A DNA stretch of 63,778 bases, counting the filler, from Chiloscyllium plagiosum (lineage: Eukaryota): NCBI RefSeq assembly GCF_004010195.1. It is 3 parts of one record of this genome, joined end to end, with 100 filler letters (N's around TTAATTAATTAA, not from the genome) between each part and the next. Parts side by side here need not be neighbours in the genome. Positions count along the whole stretch, not along the records: positions 1 to 30,702 come from NC_057717.1; 2 more parts are not named here. One strand, 5' to 3'. Below the pieces are notes generated by a model. The model was not told the origin of the DNA. It worked only from the letters and a program-made list of their open reading frames with translations, and searched no databases. The position numbers and the translations under genes were made by a program. Positions 12,207 to 25,019 of the stretch are shown piece after piece. Each line of letters starts with the position of its first letter. The first letter of the stretch is position 1.

Positions 12207-12591
12207 NNNNNNNNNNNNNNNNNNNNNNNNNNNNNNNNNNNNNNNNNNNNNNNNNNNNNNNNNNNNNNNNNNNNNNNNNNNNNNNNNNNNNNNNNNNNNN
12301 NNNNNNNNNNNNNNNNNNNNNNNNNNNNNNNNNNNNNNNNNNNNNNNNNNNNNNNNNNNNNNNNNNNNNNNNNNNNNNNNNNNNNNNNNNNNNNNNNNNN
12401 NNNNNNNNNNNNNNNNNNNNNNNNNNNNNNNNNNNNNNNNNNNNNNNNNNNNNNNNNNNNNNNNNNNNNNNNNNNNNNNNNNNNNNNNNNNNNNNNNNNN
12501 NNNNNNNNNNNNNNNNNNNNNNNNNNNNNNNNNNNNNNNNNNNNNNNNNNNNNNNNNNNNNNNNNNNNNNNNNNNNNNNNNNNNNNNNNNN

Positions 12592-14990
12592 CTGTCAGCT
12601 CTCCCATTCGAAAACCATGTTCATATTTTAGCCCCAACCCTGTAACATTTGACTTTGCACACAAGGCCAGAGTTTTTACCAAAATCTTTCTGAAAATCCA
12701 AATGCACTGTATCCATTGCTTCACCGTATGTACAGACCAGTCAGTTTCTCAAATATGATTCCCATTTCATGTTGACGCATTACATAAGAACTAGGAAAAC
12801 TAATAAGAACATGGCTGATCATTTCGTGGCCTCAGCTCTACTTGCCCGTCCGCTCACATAACCATTAAGTTCCTTTATGCCTCAAAAAAGTATCTATCTG
12901 AGCTTCAAACACATTCAATGACAAAGCTTCAACTATTTCACTCAGCAGGGAATTCCACCCATTCACAAACTTCTTGATCAAGACGTTCCTTCTGAATTCA
13001 GCCCTAAATCTGCTCTACCTAATTTTGAGACTTTGCCCTCTTTTCCTAGTTTCACCTACTACTGAAAACGTCCTCTCTATTTCTACCTGATCTATTTTCT
13101 TCATAATTATATATGTTTCTATCAGATCCTCCCTCATTCTATCAAACTCCAATCAATATATAATTCCAGTCTACTCCGACTCTCCTCATAAGCGAATCCC
13201 TTCAACTCCGGAACCAACCTAGTGAACCTCCTCTGCATCCACCGCAGTGCCAGGACATCATTTCTCATGTGAGGAGACCAAAACTGCGCACAATACTCCA
13301 GGTGTGGTCTCACCAGCACCTTGTACAGCTGCAACATAACCTCCTGATTTTAAATCAATCCCTTTAGCAATTCTATTTGCCTCGTTAATTACCTGTTGCA
13401 CCTGCAGACCAACTTCTGTGATTCATGCACAAGGACACCCAAGTCACTCTGCACAGCAACATACTGCATTTGTTTTAGCATGCAAGTAATAGTCCTTTTC
13501 ACTGGTATTCCGATCAAAATGGATGACTTCGCATTTATTACAATTGTACTCCATCTGCCAGACCTTTGCCCACTCATTTAAACTATTTATGTTCCTTCGT
13601 AAAGTTTCGCATTCCTCTGCACACTTTGATCTAACACTCATCTTAGTATCATCTGCAATCTTTGAAACACTACACGTGGTGTCCAACTACAAATCGTCCA
13701 TGTAAGCTGTGAATAATTTCAATTCTAGCACTGATCCCTGAGGCACACCACTAGTCAATGATCAGAAACCAGAAAAAAAAATACACTCATTTATTCCTAC
13801 TCATTGCTTCTTGTTAGTTAACCAATCCTCTATCCATGTTAATGCATTACCCGTAATGCCACACATTTTTACCTTATGCAGCAGCTGTTTTGGCGGCACT
13901 CTGTCGAATGCCTTTTGTAAATCTCAGTACACCGCATCTACTGGGTGTCCGTGGTCATAATGTCTTCATAGATTTCTGATTAGTTAGTTAAGCATGACTT
14001 TCCTTTCATGAACTGATGCAGTGTCAGCCCAATGGGACGATTCCTATCGAGATGCATTGCTATTTACTCCTTGATTACAGATTGAAGTATTTTCCCCACT
14101 ACACTTAATGACTAACTAGTCTATAGTTCCCCACCTTTGTCTCCATCTCTTTTTAAACAGTGCTGTCTGATTTCCTGTTTTCCAATCTGATGGAACTGCA
14201 CCAGAGTCCAATGAATTTAGAAAATTTTCAACAAATGCATTTACTATTTCTCCCACTACCTCTGTTTGTAAATTGTGACGCATTCAATCAGAGCCAGGAG
14301 ACGTATCTACCTTTAGCTCCATTAGCTTGCTCAACACTATCTCTTTCGTAGGAATGATTGTTTCCAGGTCCTCACCTATCTTCATCGCTTTGACAATTAC
14401 TGGCATGTTACTAATGCAATTCAGAGACAAGATCGACAAAATATGTGCTCAAATCCTCGGCCATTTCCTCATACCCCATTACTGAATCGCACTTCTCACC
14501 CTCGAAAGGACAATTGCTTCCCTTAGCCACGATATTAGTTTTATATGTTTGTAGAATCTTTTGGTAGCTGTCTTTATATTCTGAGGTAGTTTACTCTCAT
14601 AATCTATCTTATGTTTTTTGATAGCTTTTTCGTTGCTTTCTTTTGACATTTATATTTTTCCAGATCTTTTAGTTTCCCGGTGGGCTTTGTCATTATTTGT
14701 GCCAGTTATTTGTTAGCTTCCCATATTTCCTGAGACATCCACAAAAGATTACCCTTTTCCTACAGTCCTTCCATTGTCCCGTTATATACTGTTGCTGAGC
14801 ACTTGGAAAAATAGCATTGAAAGCCAGCCAGTGTTCATCAACGGTTCCAACTTTAAGACTTTGCTTCCAGCCAACTTTAGCCAAATCCTCTCTCATCCTA
14901 TTGTAGTCTCCTTTGTTTAAGGACAGTACTCTTGTATTAGAATTTATCTTCTTACCTTCCATCTGCATTCTGAGAGCAACCATACTTTAA
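12592..14990 (-). mobile_element. CR1 LINE ORF2 remnant; 12592-13932 duplicates 10870-12206
   Basis: LYKVLVRPHLEYCAQFWSP, ADDTK, KVWQMEYNCNKCEVIHF and LNKGDYNRMREDLAKVGW motifs. Confidence 0.92.
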
Positions 14991-15764
14991 GTCCCAATAA
15001 TTTCTCCCAATGCAATTATTTATTAATCTCATTCTTTATCTCTTGAGAGTAAGGCTTCCCAGTCTTGCTGGGAAGATTTGGCTTGTTTGAATTTTTTGCT
15101 TCTGTGAAGACAGAAATAATGTATTTGCTTCATAGTTCTGTCACTTCCCTGCTGTATTCTCTGGGTTCAGACTGTAACGAAGTTGCACTTGTTTTCTCTT
15201 ACATTTTCCTTTGACAGTTCATACTTATAACTCTTGTTAATAATCTCTTCAGAAACCCACCAATTCATGTTCACACCATGCAATCACAGGAGCATAAACC
15301 CTGTTCTGACAGAAATTTTTATTACAAAAGGACATCAGATCTGTATACAATACTCCAGGTAAAGTCTCACCAACATGAATGTCTTTACTCCTGATCGGAA
15401 TAAATTACTGTAGAAGCTTCAATCTGTACTGAAACCAGCAAGTGGTAGATATCACACTGAGTCAGTCCATGGAGAGAGAGCATGGAGCTCTACACCGCCT
15501 ATATACTGATTCTCTTTAAACAAAATCAAACCGAAATTTTACCTTGCTCAATTTGCGTATGTTTCTCCCAATACACTTTGTTTTTTTTCTCTGTTAACTT
15601 AATGCATGAGCTCTTGAAAATCCTCCTGAATGTCCAACTATACAATATTCACTGGTTTTCCATTGTTTACATTCGCATGGGTTATCTTCAAGCAAAACGT
15701 TTGCAAATTTTGACTACCTTTTCAGAAATCTAGAATCATTCTCTTGACATTTACTATTGTTCTC

Positions 15765-16395
15765 AGGAGAAGCAGGGGTTGAGCACACAGCTATTGGAGC
15801 CTGTTACTCAGGAGTAGCAGGTGGAGAGCACAAAGGTATTGAAGCTTGTTACTCAGGAGCAGCAGGTGGAGAGCACACAGCTATTGGAGCCTGTTACTCA
15901 GGAGCAGCAGGTGGAGGGTACACAGCTATTGGAGCCTGTTACGCAGGAGCAGCAGAAAGACAGGAAACAGATATTGGAGCCTGTTACTCAGGAGCAGCAG
16001 AAGGACAGGAAACAGATATTGAAGCCTGTTACTCAGGAGCAGCAGAAGGACAGGAAATAGATATTGAAGCCTGTTACTCAGGAGCAGCAGAAGGACAGGA
16101 ACCAGATATTGGAGCCTGTTACTCAGCAGAAGCAGGAGGAGAGCACACAGCTATTGGAGCCTGTTACACAGGACCAGCGGGTGGAGAGCACACAGCTATT
16201 GGAGCCTGTTACTCAGGAGCAACAGGTGGAGGGTACACAGCTATTGGAGCCTGTTACTCAGGAGCAGCAGAAGGACAGGAAACAGATATTGGAGCCTGTT
16301 ACTCAGCAAAAGCAGGAGGAGAGCACACAGCTATTGGAGCCTGTTACTCAGGAGCAGCATGTGGAGAGCACACAGCTATTGGAGCTGTTACTCGG
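15765..16395. repeat. 45-bp minisatellite (~14 copies, two monomer types)
   Basis: Unit ggagcctgttactcaggagcagcaggtggagagcacacagctatt and variant ...gaaggacaggaaacagatatt; 45-nt spacing (15781, 15826, 15871). Confidence 0.97.
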
Positions 16396-16399
16396 GGCA

Positions 16400-16716
16400 G
16401 CAGGTGGAGACTGGAACACAGAAACAGGAGGCAGTGATTCAACTGCTCGAGACTGGGACGCAGGAACAGGAGGCCATCACTCAACTGCTCGAGACTGGGA
16501 CACAGGAACAGGAGGCCGTCACTCAAAAGCTCATGACTGCGATTCAGGAACAGGAGACCGTCACTCAACTGCTCGAGACTGGGACACAGGAACAGGAGGC
16601 CGTCACTCAACTGCTCATGACTGCGACTCAGGAACAGGAGGCCGTCACTCAACTGCTCGAGACTGGGACACAGGAACAGGAGCCCGTCACTCAACTGCTC
16701 GAGACTGGGTCACAGG
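16400..16716. repeat. 42-bp minisatellite (~7.5 copies)
   Basis: Unit tcaactgctcgagactgggacacaggaacaggaggccgtcac; 42-nt spacing. Confidence 0.96.
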
Positions 16717-17324
16717 GATAGGCGGTAGTTATTCTCTGATCTGATTGTGATTCCCTCATTCCATTTTGATGAGATTCCCCTTTCTGCAGTCTCTGCTCCT
16801 TTTGATGGTCATGTTGCGGATTAGGATGCTGTCACTACAGTCACCATGACTCATCCCAATGGGTCACCAAAGCATCTGGCCTTCCTGAATTTCCACGGCA
16901 GCTTAAAGCACAGCCTCCAGGAAACCGTCCCCAGCTTTTCCACTAACGCTCCAAAACTAGAATTAAGTCAAATGTCACTCAAGTGCTAGTGTGAAGCATG
17001 GTCTGGATCAGTAACAGTGGAAGTGATTTCTTGTTACTGAGCACATGATCTGTAGAGAGAGATTAACACAGGCGTTCAATTGATAGGCACAGATCAAGTT
17101 AGAAAGGTGTTCCTCAAAATTGCTGAAACTCCACTATCCAACATTGAGCACAGGGCAAGACACCGGGAAGTCAAATAAAACACACGCTATGCTTTTTGAA
17201 CATTGTTTCTATGCTGCTTAATGTTGGAAGCTGATGCTCAGTTTAAATACCAACAGTTTCAATAGCAACAACTTGGAGGGATTTGGGAAATAGACGGATG
17301 GAGAGAGACTCAGAGTCATTGTTG

Positions 17325-17445
17325 TGGAAGGATGTGTTCGCAGGTTTCAAAATGCTGAAGTGAAGACATTTCGATAGCATCAAGTAAAATAGACTGGTAT
17401 TTCCGGCAATGGTGAATACGTGGGATATTGGTGTGAGGTCAAACA
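17325..17445. repeat. Partial copy of the unclassified 5905-6650 sequence, cut by a CR1 insertion
   Basis: ggaaggatgtgttcgcaggtttcaaaatgctga...catttcgatagcatca matches 5940-6055. Confidence 0.8.
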
Positions 17446-18916
17446 GAATCATAGACACTCGGAGATGTACAGCACAGAAACAGACCCTTCAGTCTATCTC
17501 GTCCATGCCGATGGGATATCATAAATTAAACAAGTCCCATTTGCCAGCATTTGGCCCATAACAATGTAAACCCTTCCTCTTCATGTACCCATCCAAATGC
17601 CTTTTAAATGTTGTCATCGTAACAGATACCACCACCTCCACTGACAGCTCATTCCACACATGCACCAATCTGTGCTAGAATAAAGTTGGTCCTTCGGTCT
17701 CACCCGATATCCATGCCCTCTAGTTTTGCGAAAAGGTTCCTGGCTATTCACCCTGTATATGCCTCTCATACTCCATGAAAAACCACCCAACCTACTCACC
17801 CTCTCTCTATAGCTCAAATCCTGGCAACATCTTTGTAAATATTTTCTGACTCCCTTCAAGTTTCACAATATCTTTCTGATAGTAGGGAGACCAGAATTCA
17901 ATACAGTACTCCAAAACAACCGAATTAATGTGCTCTACAGCAGCTACATGGACTCCCAATTCATATAGTGAAAACACTGACCAATAAATGCAAGCATACC
18001 AAATGGCTTCTACATTTAGAACTGTAGAACTGTAACACAACCTTCAAGAAACTACACTCCAAGACTTTTTTTTGTTCAGCAACACTCCCGAGGACCTTAC
18101 CATTAAGTGTATATATCATGTCCTGATTTGCATTTCCAAAATGCAATGAATCACCTTTATCTCGACTAAACACCATTCTCTGCTCCTCAGCCGATCAGCC
18201 CACCTGATCAAGATCTCATTGTACTCTGACGTAAACCTTCTGTGCTGTCCACTGCAACATCAGTTTTAGTGTCATTTGCAAACTAATCAACTATCGCTGC
18301 TGTGTTCACACCCAAATGATCTATATAAGTAGGGAAAAACAGTGGACCCAGCACTGATACTTTTCGCACACCACTGGTTCCAACCCTCCAGATCGAAAAG
18401 CAATCCTCCATCACCATCCTCTACCTACTACCTTCGAGCCAATTTTGAATCCACATGGCTAGTTTTCCATGTATTCCATGTGAACTAACATTTTTAACCA
18501 GTCTACCATGCAGAAAGTTGTCAAATGCCTTATTGAAGTCGATATCGGCAATGTCCACCTCTGCCTCAATGAATCCTCTTAGTCAGTTCTTTAAAAACTC
18601 TCAGTCAATTTAGTGAGACACGATTTCCTATGCTTAATGCTACGTTGACCATCCCGTATCAGTCCTTGCAATTCAAAATACATGCAAACCTTGTGCTTCA
18701 AATTCCACACCAACAACTTGCCCATCACTGACGTCAGGCTCATCGGCTTTTCCTTACCATACTTCTTAAATTTTTTAAAGTAATGACATTACGTTATCAA
18801 ACCTCCTATCTTCTGGCACCTCACCGGTGACAATCAATTATACAAATATCCCAGCATGCGTGCCAGCAATTCCTTCCCTAGCTTCCCACAGAGTTCTAGG
18901 AAACACCTGATCAGGT
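17446..18916 (-). mobile_element. CR1 (HER1-like) LINE, 3' end through RT, truncated at a gap
   Basis: 3' tail at 17446-17560; LEYCIEFWSPYYQKDIVKLE, LHFGNANQ..YTLNGKVLGSVAEQ, FANDTK and DFNKAFD on the minus strand. Confidence 0.92.
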
Positions 18917-19416
18917 NNNNNNNNNNNNNNNNNNNNNNNNNNNNNNNNNNNNNNNNNNNNNNNNNNNNNNNNNNNNNNNNNNNNNNNNNNNNNNNNNNNN
19001 NNNNNNNNNNNNNNNNNNNNNNNNNNNNNNNNNNNNNNNNNNNNNNNNNNNNNNNNNNNNNNNNNNNNNNNNNNNNNNNNNNNNNNNNNNNNNNNNNNNN
19101 NNNNNNNNNNNNNNNNNNNNNNNNNNNNNNNNNNNNNNNNNNNNNNNNNNNNNNNNNNNNNNNNNNNNNNNNNNNNNNNNNNNNNNNNNNNNNNNNNNNN
19201 NNNNNNNNNNNNNNNNNNNNNNNNNNNNNNNNNNNNNNNNNNNNNNNNNNNNNNNNNNNNNNNNNNNNNNNNNNNNNNNNNNNNNNNNNNNNNNNNNNNN
19301 NNNNNNNNNNNNNNNNNNNNNNNNNNNNNNNNNNNNNNNNNNNNNNNNNNNNNNNNNNNNNNNNNNNNNNNNNNNNNNNNNNNNNNNNNNNNNNNNNNNN
19401 NNNNNNNNNNNNNNNN

Positions 19417-22400
19417 GGGTCAGGCTGGGGCGGTATTGGGCGGTGGTGAGGGTCAGACTTGTCGCAGTGTTGCACGGCGGTGGGGTTCAGGCCCGGGCGG
19501 TTGGTGGACAGCGGTGGGGGTCAGGCTGGGGGCGGTTGGTGGATGGCGGGGAGGGTCAGGCTGAGGGCGGTGTGTAGTTGGTGGTGAGGGTCAGGCTGGG
19601 GGTTGTTGGTGGACGGCGGTGAGGGTCTAGCTAAGGGGCGGTGTGTGCGCAGCAGTGGGGGTCAGGCTGGGCAGTATTGGGCGACGGTGAGAGTCAGGCT
19701 TGTGGCAGTGTTGGACGGCGGTTAGGTTCAGGTCCGGGTGGTTGGTGGACGGCGGTGAGGGTCAGGCTGAGGGCGGTGTGTTTCACGTCGATGACGGTCA
19801 GTTTGGGGACAGTGTGTGGGCGATGGTGAGGTTCAGGCTGGTGACGGTGTGTGGATGGTGGTGAGGGTCAGGCTGGGGTCAGTATTTGGACGGCGGTGAG
19901 GGAAAGGCTGGGGACGGTGTTGGATGGTGGTGAGGGTCAGGCTGGTAGTGGTGTGTGGACGGTGGTGGGGGTCAGGTTGGGGACAGTGAGTGGACTGCGA
20001 TGGGGGTTAGGCTGGGCGGTGATTTCGTGGAGGGGAGGGTCAGACTGGGGGCGGTGTGTGGGCAGCGGTGAGCTTCAGGCTGGTGGAAGTAATGGACTGC
20101 GGTGGGGGTAAGGCTGTGGTCGGTGTGTATTCGGAGCTGGTGGTCAAGCTGGGGTCGGTGTGTGAACGACGGTGGGGGTCAGGCTGGAGGTGGTGTGTGG
20201 ACAGTGGTGAGGGTCAGGCAGGGGGCATTATTGGACAGGGGTGAGGGTCAGTTTTGTGGCAGTGTTGGATGGCAGTGGGTGTCAGGCAGGGCATGGTTGG
20301 TGGACAGCGGTGAGGGTCCGGCTGGGGCGGTATTGGGCGGTGGTGATGGTCAGGTTGGTGCGTTATTGGACGGCGGTGAGTGTCAAGCTGCAGGTGGTGT
20401 GTGTGCACGGTGATGAGGGTGAGGCTGGAGTCATTGGTGGACGGTAGTGAGGGTCAGGCTGGGTGCAGTGTGCAGATGGTGATGAGGGTCAGGCTGGGTC
20501 AGTGTTATATGGGATTGAGTGTCAGACTTAAGGCAGTGTGTGGACGGTGGTGCACGTCAGGCTGGGAGTGGTGTGTGGATGATGGTGCGCGTCCGGCTGG
20601 GAGTGGTGTGTGGACGGCAGTGAAGGTCAGGTTGGGTCAGTGTTGGAAGTCGTGAGGGTCAGGCTGGGGGCAGTGTGTGGATGTCGGTGGAGTTCAGTCT
20701 GGGAGTGGTGGCGAGCATCAGGCTGGGAGCGGTGTGTGGTTGGCATTGATGATCAGTCTGGCGACAGTGTGTGGGCAGCGATGAGTTTCAGGATATCGAT
20801 GGTGTGTGGTCTGCTGTGAGGGTTAGGCTGGGGGTGGTGTGTCGGCGTCTGTGAGGGCCTGTGCCGGAAACGTCGAATCTCCTGTTCCCTGGATGCTGCC
20901 TGACCTGCTGTGCTGTTCCAGCAATAAAGTTTCAACTTTGATCTCCAGCATCTGCAGACCTCACTTCCCCCTGTGAGGGTCAGTCTGGGGATGGTGTGTG
21001 GATGATGGTGAGCATCAGGCTGGGGGTGGTGTGTGGGCGTTGGTGAGGTTCAGGCTGGGCGCAGTGTGTGTGCAGTGGTGAGGGTCACGCTGTGGGCGGT
21101 GTGTGGGCGGCATGGAGGATCAGGCTGACGGTGGTGAATGGACGGCAGTGAGGTTCAGGCTGGGCGCAGTGTGTGGGCAGCGATGAGTTTCATGATATGG
21201 GTGGTGTGTGGTCGGCGGTGAGGTTCAGGCCGGGGGTGGTGTGTGTACGGCGGTGAGGGTCAGGTTATGGGCGGTGTGTGGACGGCAGTGAGGGTCAGGC
21301 TGGGGGTGGTGAGTGGATGGCGGTGAGAGTCATGCTGCGGGCGGTGTGTAGACAGCTATGAGGTTCAGGATATGGGTGGTGTGTGGTCGGCATTGATGGA
21401 CAATCTGGGGAAAGTGTGTGGATGATGGTGAGGATCAGGCTGGGGGTGGTGTCTGGACGGCAGTGAGGGTCAGACTGGGCGCAGTGTGTGTGCAGCGAAG
21501 CGTTTCAGGGTATGGGTGGTGTGTGGTCGGCCAAGAGGGTCAGGCTTGGGGTGGTGTGTAGATGGCGGTGAGGGTCAGACTGGGGCGGTGCTGAACGGCC
21601 ATGAGAGTTAGGCTGGGGGCGGTGTGTGGACGGTTGTGAGCGTCAGGCTGGGGGCGTGTGAGGATAGCAGTGAGGGACAGGCTGAGGGCGGTGTGTGGAC
21701 GGCAGTGAGGGACAGGCTGGGGCGGTGTGTAGACGGCTGTGAGCATCAGGCTAGGGGCGTGTGTGGACGGCTGCGAGCGTCAGGCTGGGGGCGTGTGAGG
21801 ATAGCAGTGAGGGACAGGCTGGGGGCGGTGTGTGGATGGCGATGAGGGTCAGGTTTGTGGCAGTGTTTGACCATGTTTGGGGTCCGGCTGCTGGCGATGG
21901 GTGGACGGTGGTGGGGGTCAGCCTGGGGGCTGTTAGTGGACGGCGGTGAGGGTCAGTCTGGGAGTGGAGTGTGGAGGGAGGTGGGTGTCAGGCTGGGGGC
22001 AGTGGTGGACGGAAGTGTTTGTCATGTGGTGTTGGACGGTGGTGAGGATCACGATGTGGACGGTGTGTTTGACGTCGATGAGGGTCAGGCTGGGGGCAGC
22101 GTGTGCACAACGGTGAGGGTCAGGCAGGGTGCAGTGTGTGGATGGGAGTGAGGGTCAGAGTGGGTGAGGTGTGCGGACGGCAGTGAGGGTCAGGCTGGGT
22201 CAGTGCTGGATGGCGTTGAGGGTCAGGCTAAGGACGGTGTGTGGATGGCGGTGGAGTTCAGGCTGGGGGTGGTGCGTGGACAGCGGTGGAGTTCAGGCAG
22301 GGAGTGGTGTGTGGACGGTGGTTAGCATCAAGCTGGGAGCGCTGTGTGGATGGCAGTGAGGGTCAGTCGGGGGACGGTGTGAGGATAATGCTGAGGATCA

Positions 22401-22745
22401 GGCTGGGGGTGGTGTGCGGACGGCAGTAAGGGTCAGGCTGGGCGCAGTGTGTGGGCAGCGATGAGTTTCAGGATATGGGTGGTGTGTGGTCGGCGGTGTG
22501 GGTCAGGCTGGGGGGTGGTGTGGACGGCTGTGAGGGTCAGCCTGGGGACAGTGTGTGGACTGTGGTGTGGTTCAGGCTGGGGGCGGTGTGTGGGCAGTGG
22601 TGAGGGTCAGGCTGGGGGTAGTGTTTAGATGGCGGTGAGGGTCAGGCTGGGGGCGGTGTGTAGACGGCGGTGAGGTCAGGCCATGGGTGGTGTGTGGGCG
22701 GCCGTGAGGGTCAGGCTGGGGGTGGTGTGTGGACGGCTGGGGGGT
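19417..22745. repeat. ~35-bp satellite, G-rich strand on +, bounded by gaps on both sides
   Basis: Consensus GGTGAGGGTCAGGCTGGGGGCGGTGTGTGGACGGC repeated with divergence. Confidence 0.97.
20858..20970 (+). mobile_element. Short Penelope terminal-repeat insertion (3' half of hammerhead) in the satellite
   Basis: cctgtgccggaaacgtcgaatctcc...aataaagtttcaac...cacttcccc, flanked by direct repeat CTGTGAGGG (20849-20857 / 20971-20979). Confidence 0.88.
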
Positions 22746-23139
22746 NNNNNNNNNNNNNNNNNNNNNNNNNNNNNNNNNNNNNNNNNNNNNNNNNNNNNNN
22801 NNNNNNNNNNNNNNNNNNNNNNNNNNNNNNNNNNNCCTGTGGCTTTTCCGCAATCATATCTGCCAAATATATTTCATGACCATTGTTTGTCCCTCATTTT
22901 CCACAATCACCTTGCACTCTCTATACTTGTGAAGGCCTTCACCTGATTTTATTGCACTGTATGTTCTTTATCAAACTCACGTTATTACTTGATCAGTATT
23001 CGCTGGACTTGCTGCCTTTACTATTCACTCTTGAAGGAGCACAGTGGCCCTGCGTTCTCACTGCATCCCTTTAAAAAATTCCACTTTCTTCATATGGACG
23101 CAACTGCAGGGAGTTCCTCCCTGTCTCTGTTTGCCAGAT

Positions 23140-24500
23140 CCTCTCTAATGATCGCAATACTAACAGGAGACTCAGTTGTGAGGGGGACAGACAAGAGACT
23201 GTGTGTCTGAAGCAGTGACCCCAAGTTGGTGTGCTGCTTCCCGGGTTCCAGGGTCAAGGATGTCTCTGAGCAGTACCTGAACATTCTGAAGATGGAGGCT
23301 GAACGTCCAGAGGTCATTGTGCACATCAATCCACATGGGAGTGGTAGACAAAGGGATAGGCCCCTGTCAAATGAGTACAGGGAGTTAGGTAAGAAGTAAA
23401 AAAGCAGGATATTGACATTAATGATCTCCAGATTACTCCCAATGCCACGTGCCAGTGAGGATAGAAATAGAAAGATAGGCCGAATGGATGTGTGGCTGAG
23501 GTGCTGGTATAGTGGGCTGGGTTTTCAGTTCTTGGGTCATTGGGATCTCTTCTGGGGTAGAGGTGACCTGTACAAAGGAGATGGTTTGCACTTGAAGCAG
23601 AGGGGCACCAGTAACCCAGGGACATGTGCTCGTGTTACCCAGGAGGATTTAAACTAGTTTGGCAGGGAATTGTAACTTTGAGTAAGAGAGGGACAATCAA
23701 AAGGTCAGGGGAAATACATCAGCCATCAAGAGCAAGTTACCTATTCAGGATATCCAGGGGTACAGTAGAGGGAGGGAAACGACTTCTGCTTTAAAGAGCA
23801 TTTATTTCAACACACGAGGACTGACTGGTAAGGCAGACGAACTCAGACCATGGATTGGCTCTGGGGACTTGTAGCCATAATAGAAACATGGCTGGGAGAA
23901 GGGCAGGACTGGCAGCTCAGTGTTCCAGGATACAGAAACTACAGGCGTGACAGCAGGACAAGTAAGTGAGGAGGGGAGTTGTTCTTTTGATTAGGAAGGA
24001 CATAGCAACATTGCTTAGAGCCAATACTGCTAAGCAGTCATCAAGTGAGACCATAGATTGAAAAGTTAGAAGCAAAAATGGGATGGTCAGTTTGCTGGGA
24101 TGGTGTTTCGACCCTCAAGTAGTCAGCAGGTACGAGAGGAGCAAGATATCGTGGGTTTGCAGGTAACTGTAAAAATAATAGAGTAATATTGGTTGGAGAT
24201 TTTAACTTCCCCTGGATTGACTGGGTCACACAGTGTGTAAAAGGCCCATACATGAGTGGAATTTGTCAAATATGTCGAAGAAAGTTTCCTAAACCAAGAC
24301 CTAGAGGGTTCTACGCTTCTCAGGCCGATGCAACGCTGGACCTCCCCTCAGAAACCGAGGTCAAGCAAGTGATTGAAGTATCAGTCGAAGAGCATGTTGC
24401 GTCTAGTGACCACAACTGTCTTAGTTTTAACATAGTTATGGAAAACGATCAGTCAGGTTCACGGATTTAGGTCTTAAACTGGTACTGGGCCAATATTGGG
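23140..24500 (+). mobile_element. CR1 LINE 5' portion: ORF1 SGNH/GDSL esterase domain and ORF2 APE endonuclease, decayed
   Basis: GDSVVRGTD, CCFPGSRVKDV, HWDLFWGRGDLYKGDGLHL (esterase); YFNTRGLTGKADEL, ETWL, VGDFNFPWIDW and SDHN (endonuclease). Confidence 0.92.
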
Positions 24501-24564
24501 TCCATTCAGCAGGGGTTGATTGGGTGAAGTTAAAAATCACACACAAGGCTATAGCCCAGATGGT

Positions 24565-24640
24565 TTTCAGGGGAACTTCGATTATCTGAACGAGATAGGC
24601 GGGCACTATATCGTTCGAATAATTATTCAATTAATCGATT
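24565..24640. mobile_element. Possible Tc1/mariner-pogo (Tigger-like) terminal sequence
   Basis: caggggaacttcgattatctgaacga...tcgttcgaataatt resembles Tigger-type termini with an internal inverted motif. No partner end was found. Confidence 0.35.
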
Positions 24641-25019
24641 CAATGCCTTTCCTCTGGGGCTCGGAGTTTTCAATCCAGTCTGCTCCCTGTTCAGGTGACG
24701 AGGCAGCAGCAAGCCATGAGCGAGCCCCCAAGCCCTGCCAGCCCCCAGGAACATCCCCTGTTCGCCTCCAAACACATCCAACACTGCCCCCTCCCGCCCC
24801 TCAACCTTGCACCCCCACCTTGCCCCAAACCCACCCAACAGCGATCCCGCCACTAAAACCATCCGACACCATCCTCCACCCGCCGCCTGCCTCCACTTCC
24901 CAAACAGGTTCGACATCACCCTCAGCCCGTCCCCAAACCCGTCCAACACCGCCCCCCGCCAGCCACACCCACAGTCCAATCCATATCCACGCCCGTGCCC
25001 CCGTAAGTGTTACCCAGAT

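Noticed and set aside
532..16716. CRISPR-like arrays at the 60-, 45- and 42-bp repeats
   Set aside because: Head-to-tail monomers without unique spacers, no cas genes, eukaryotic context.
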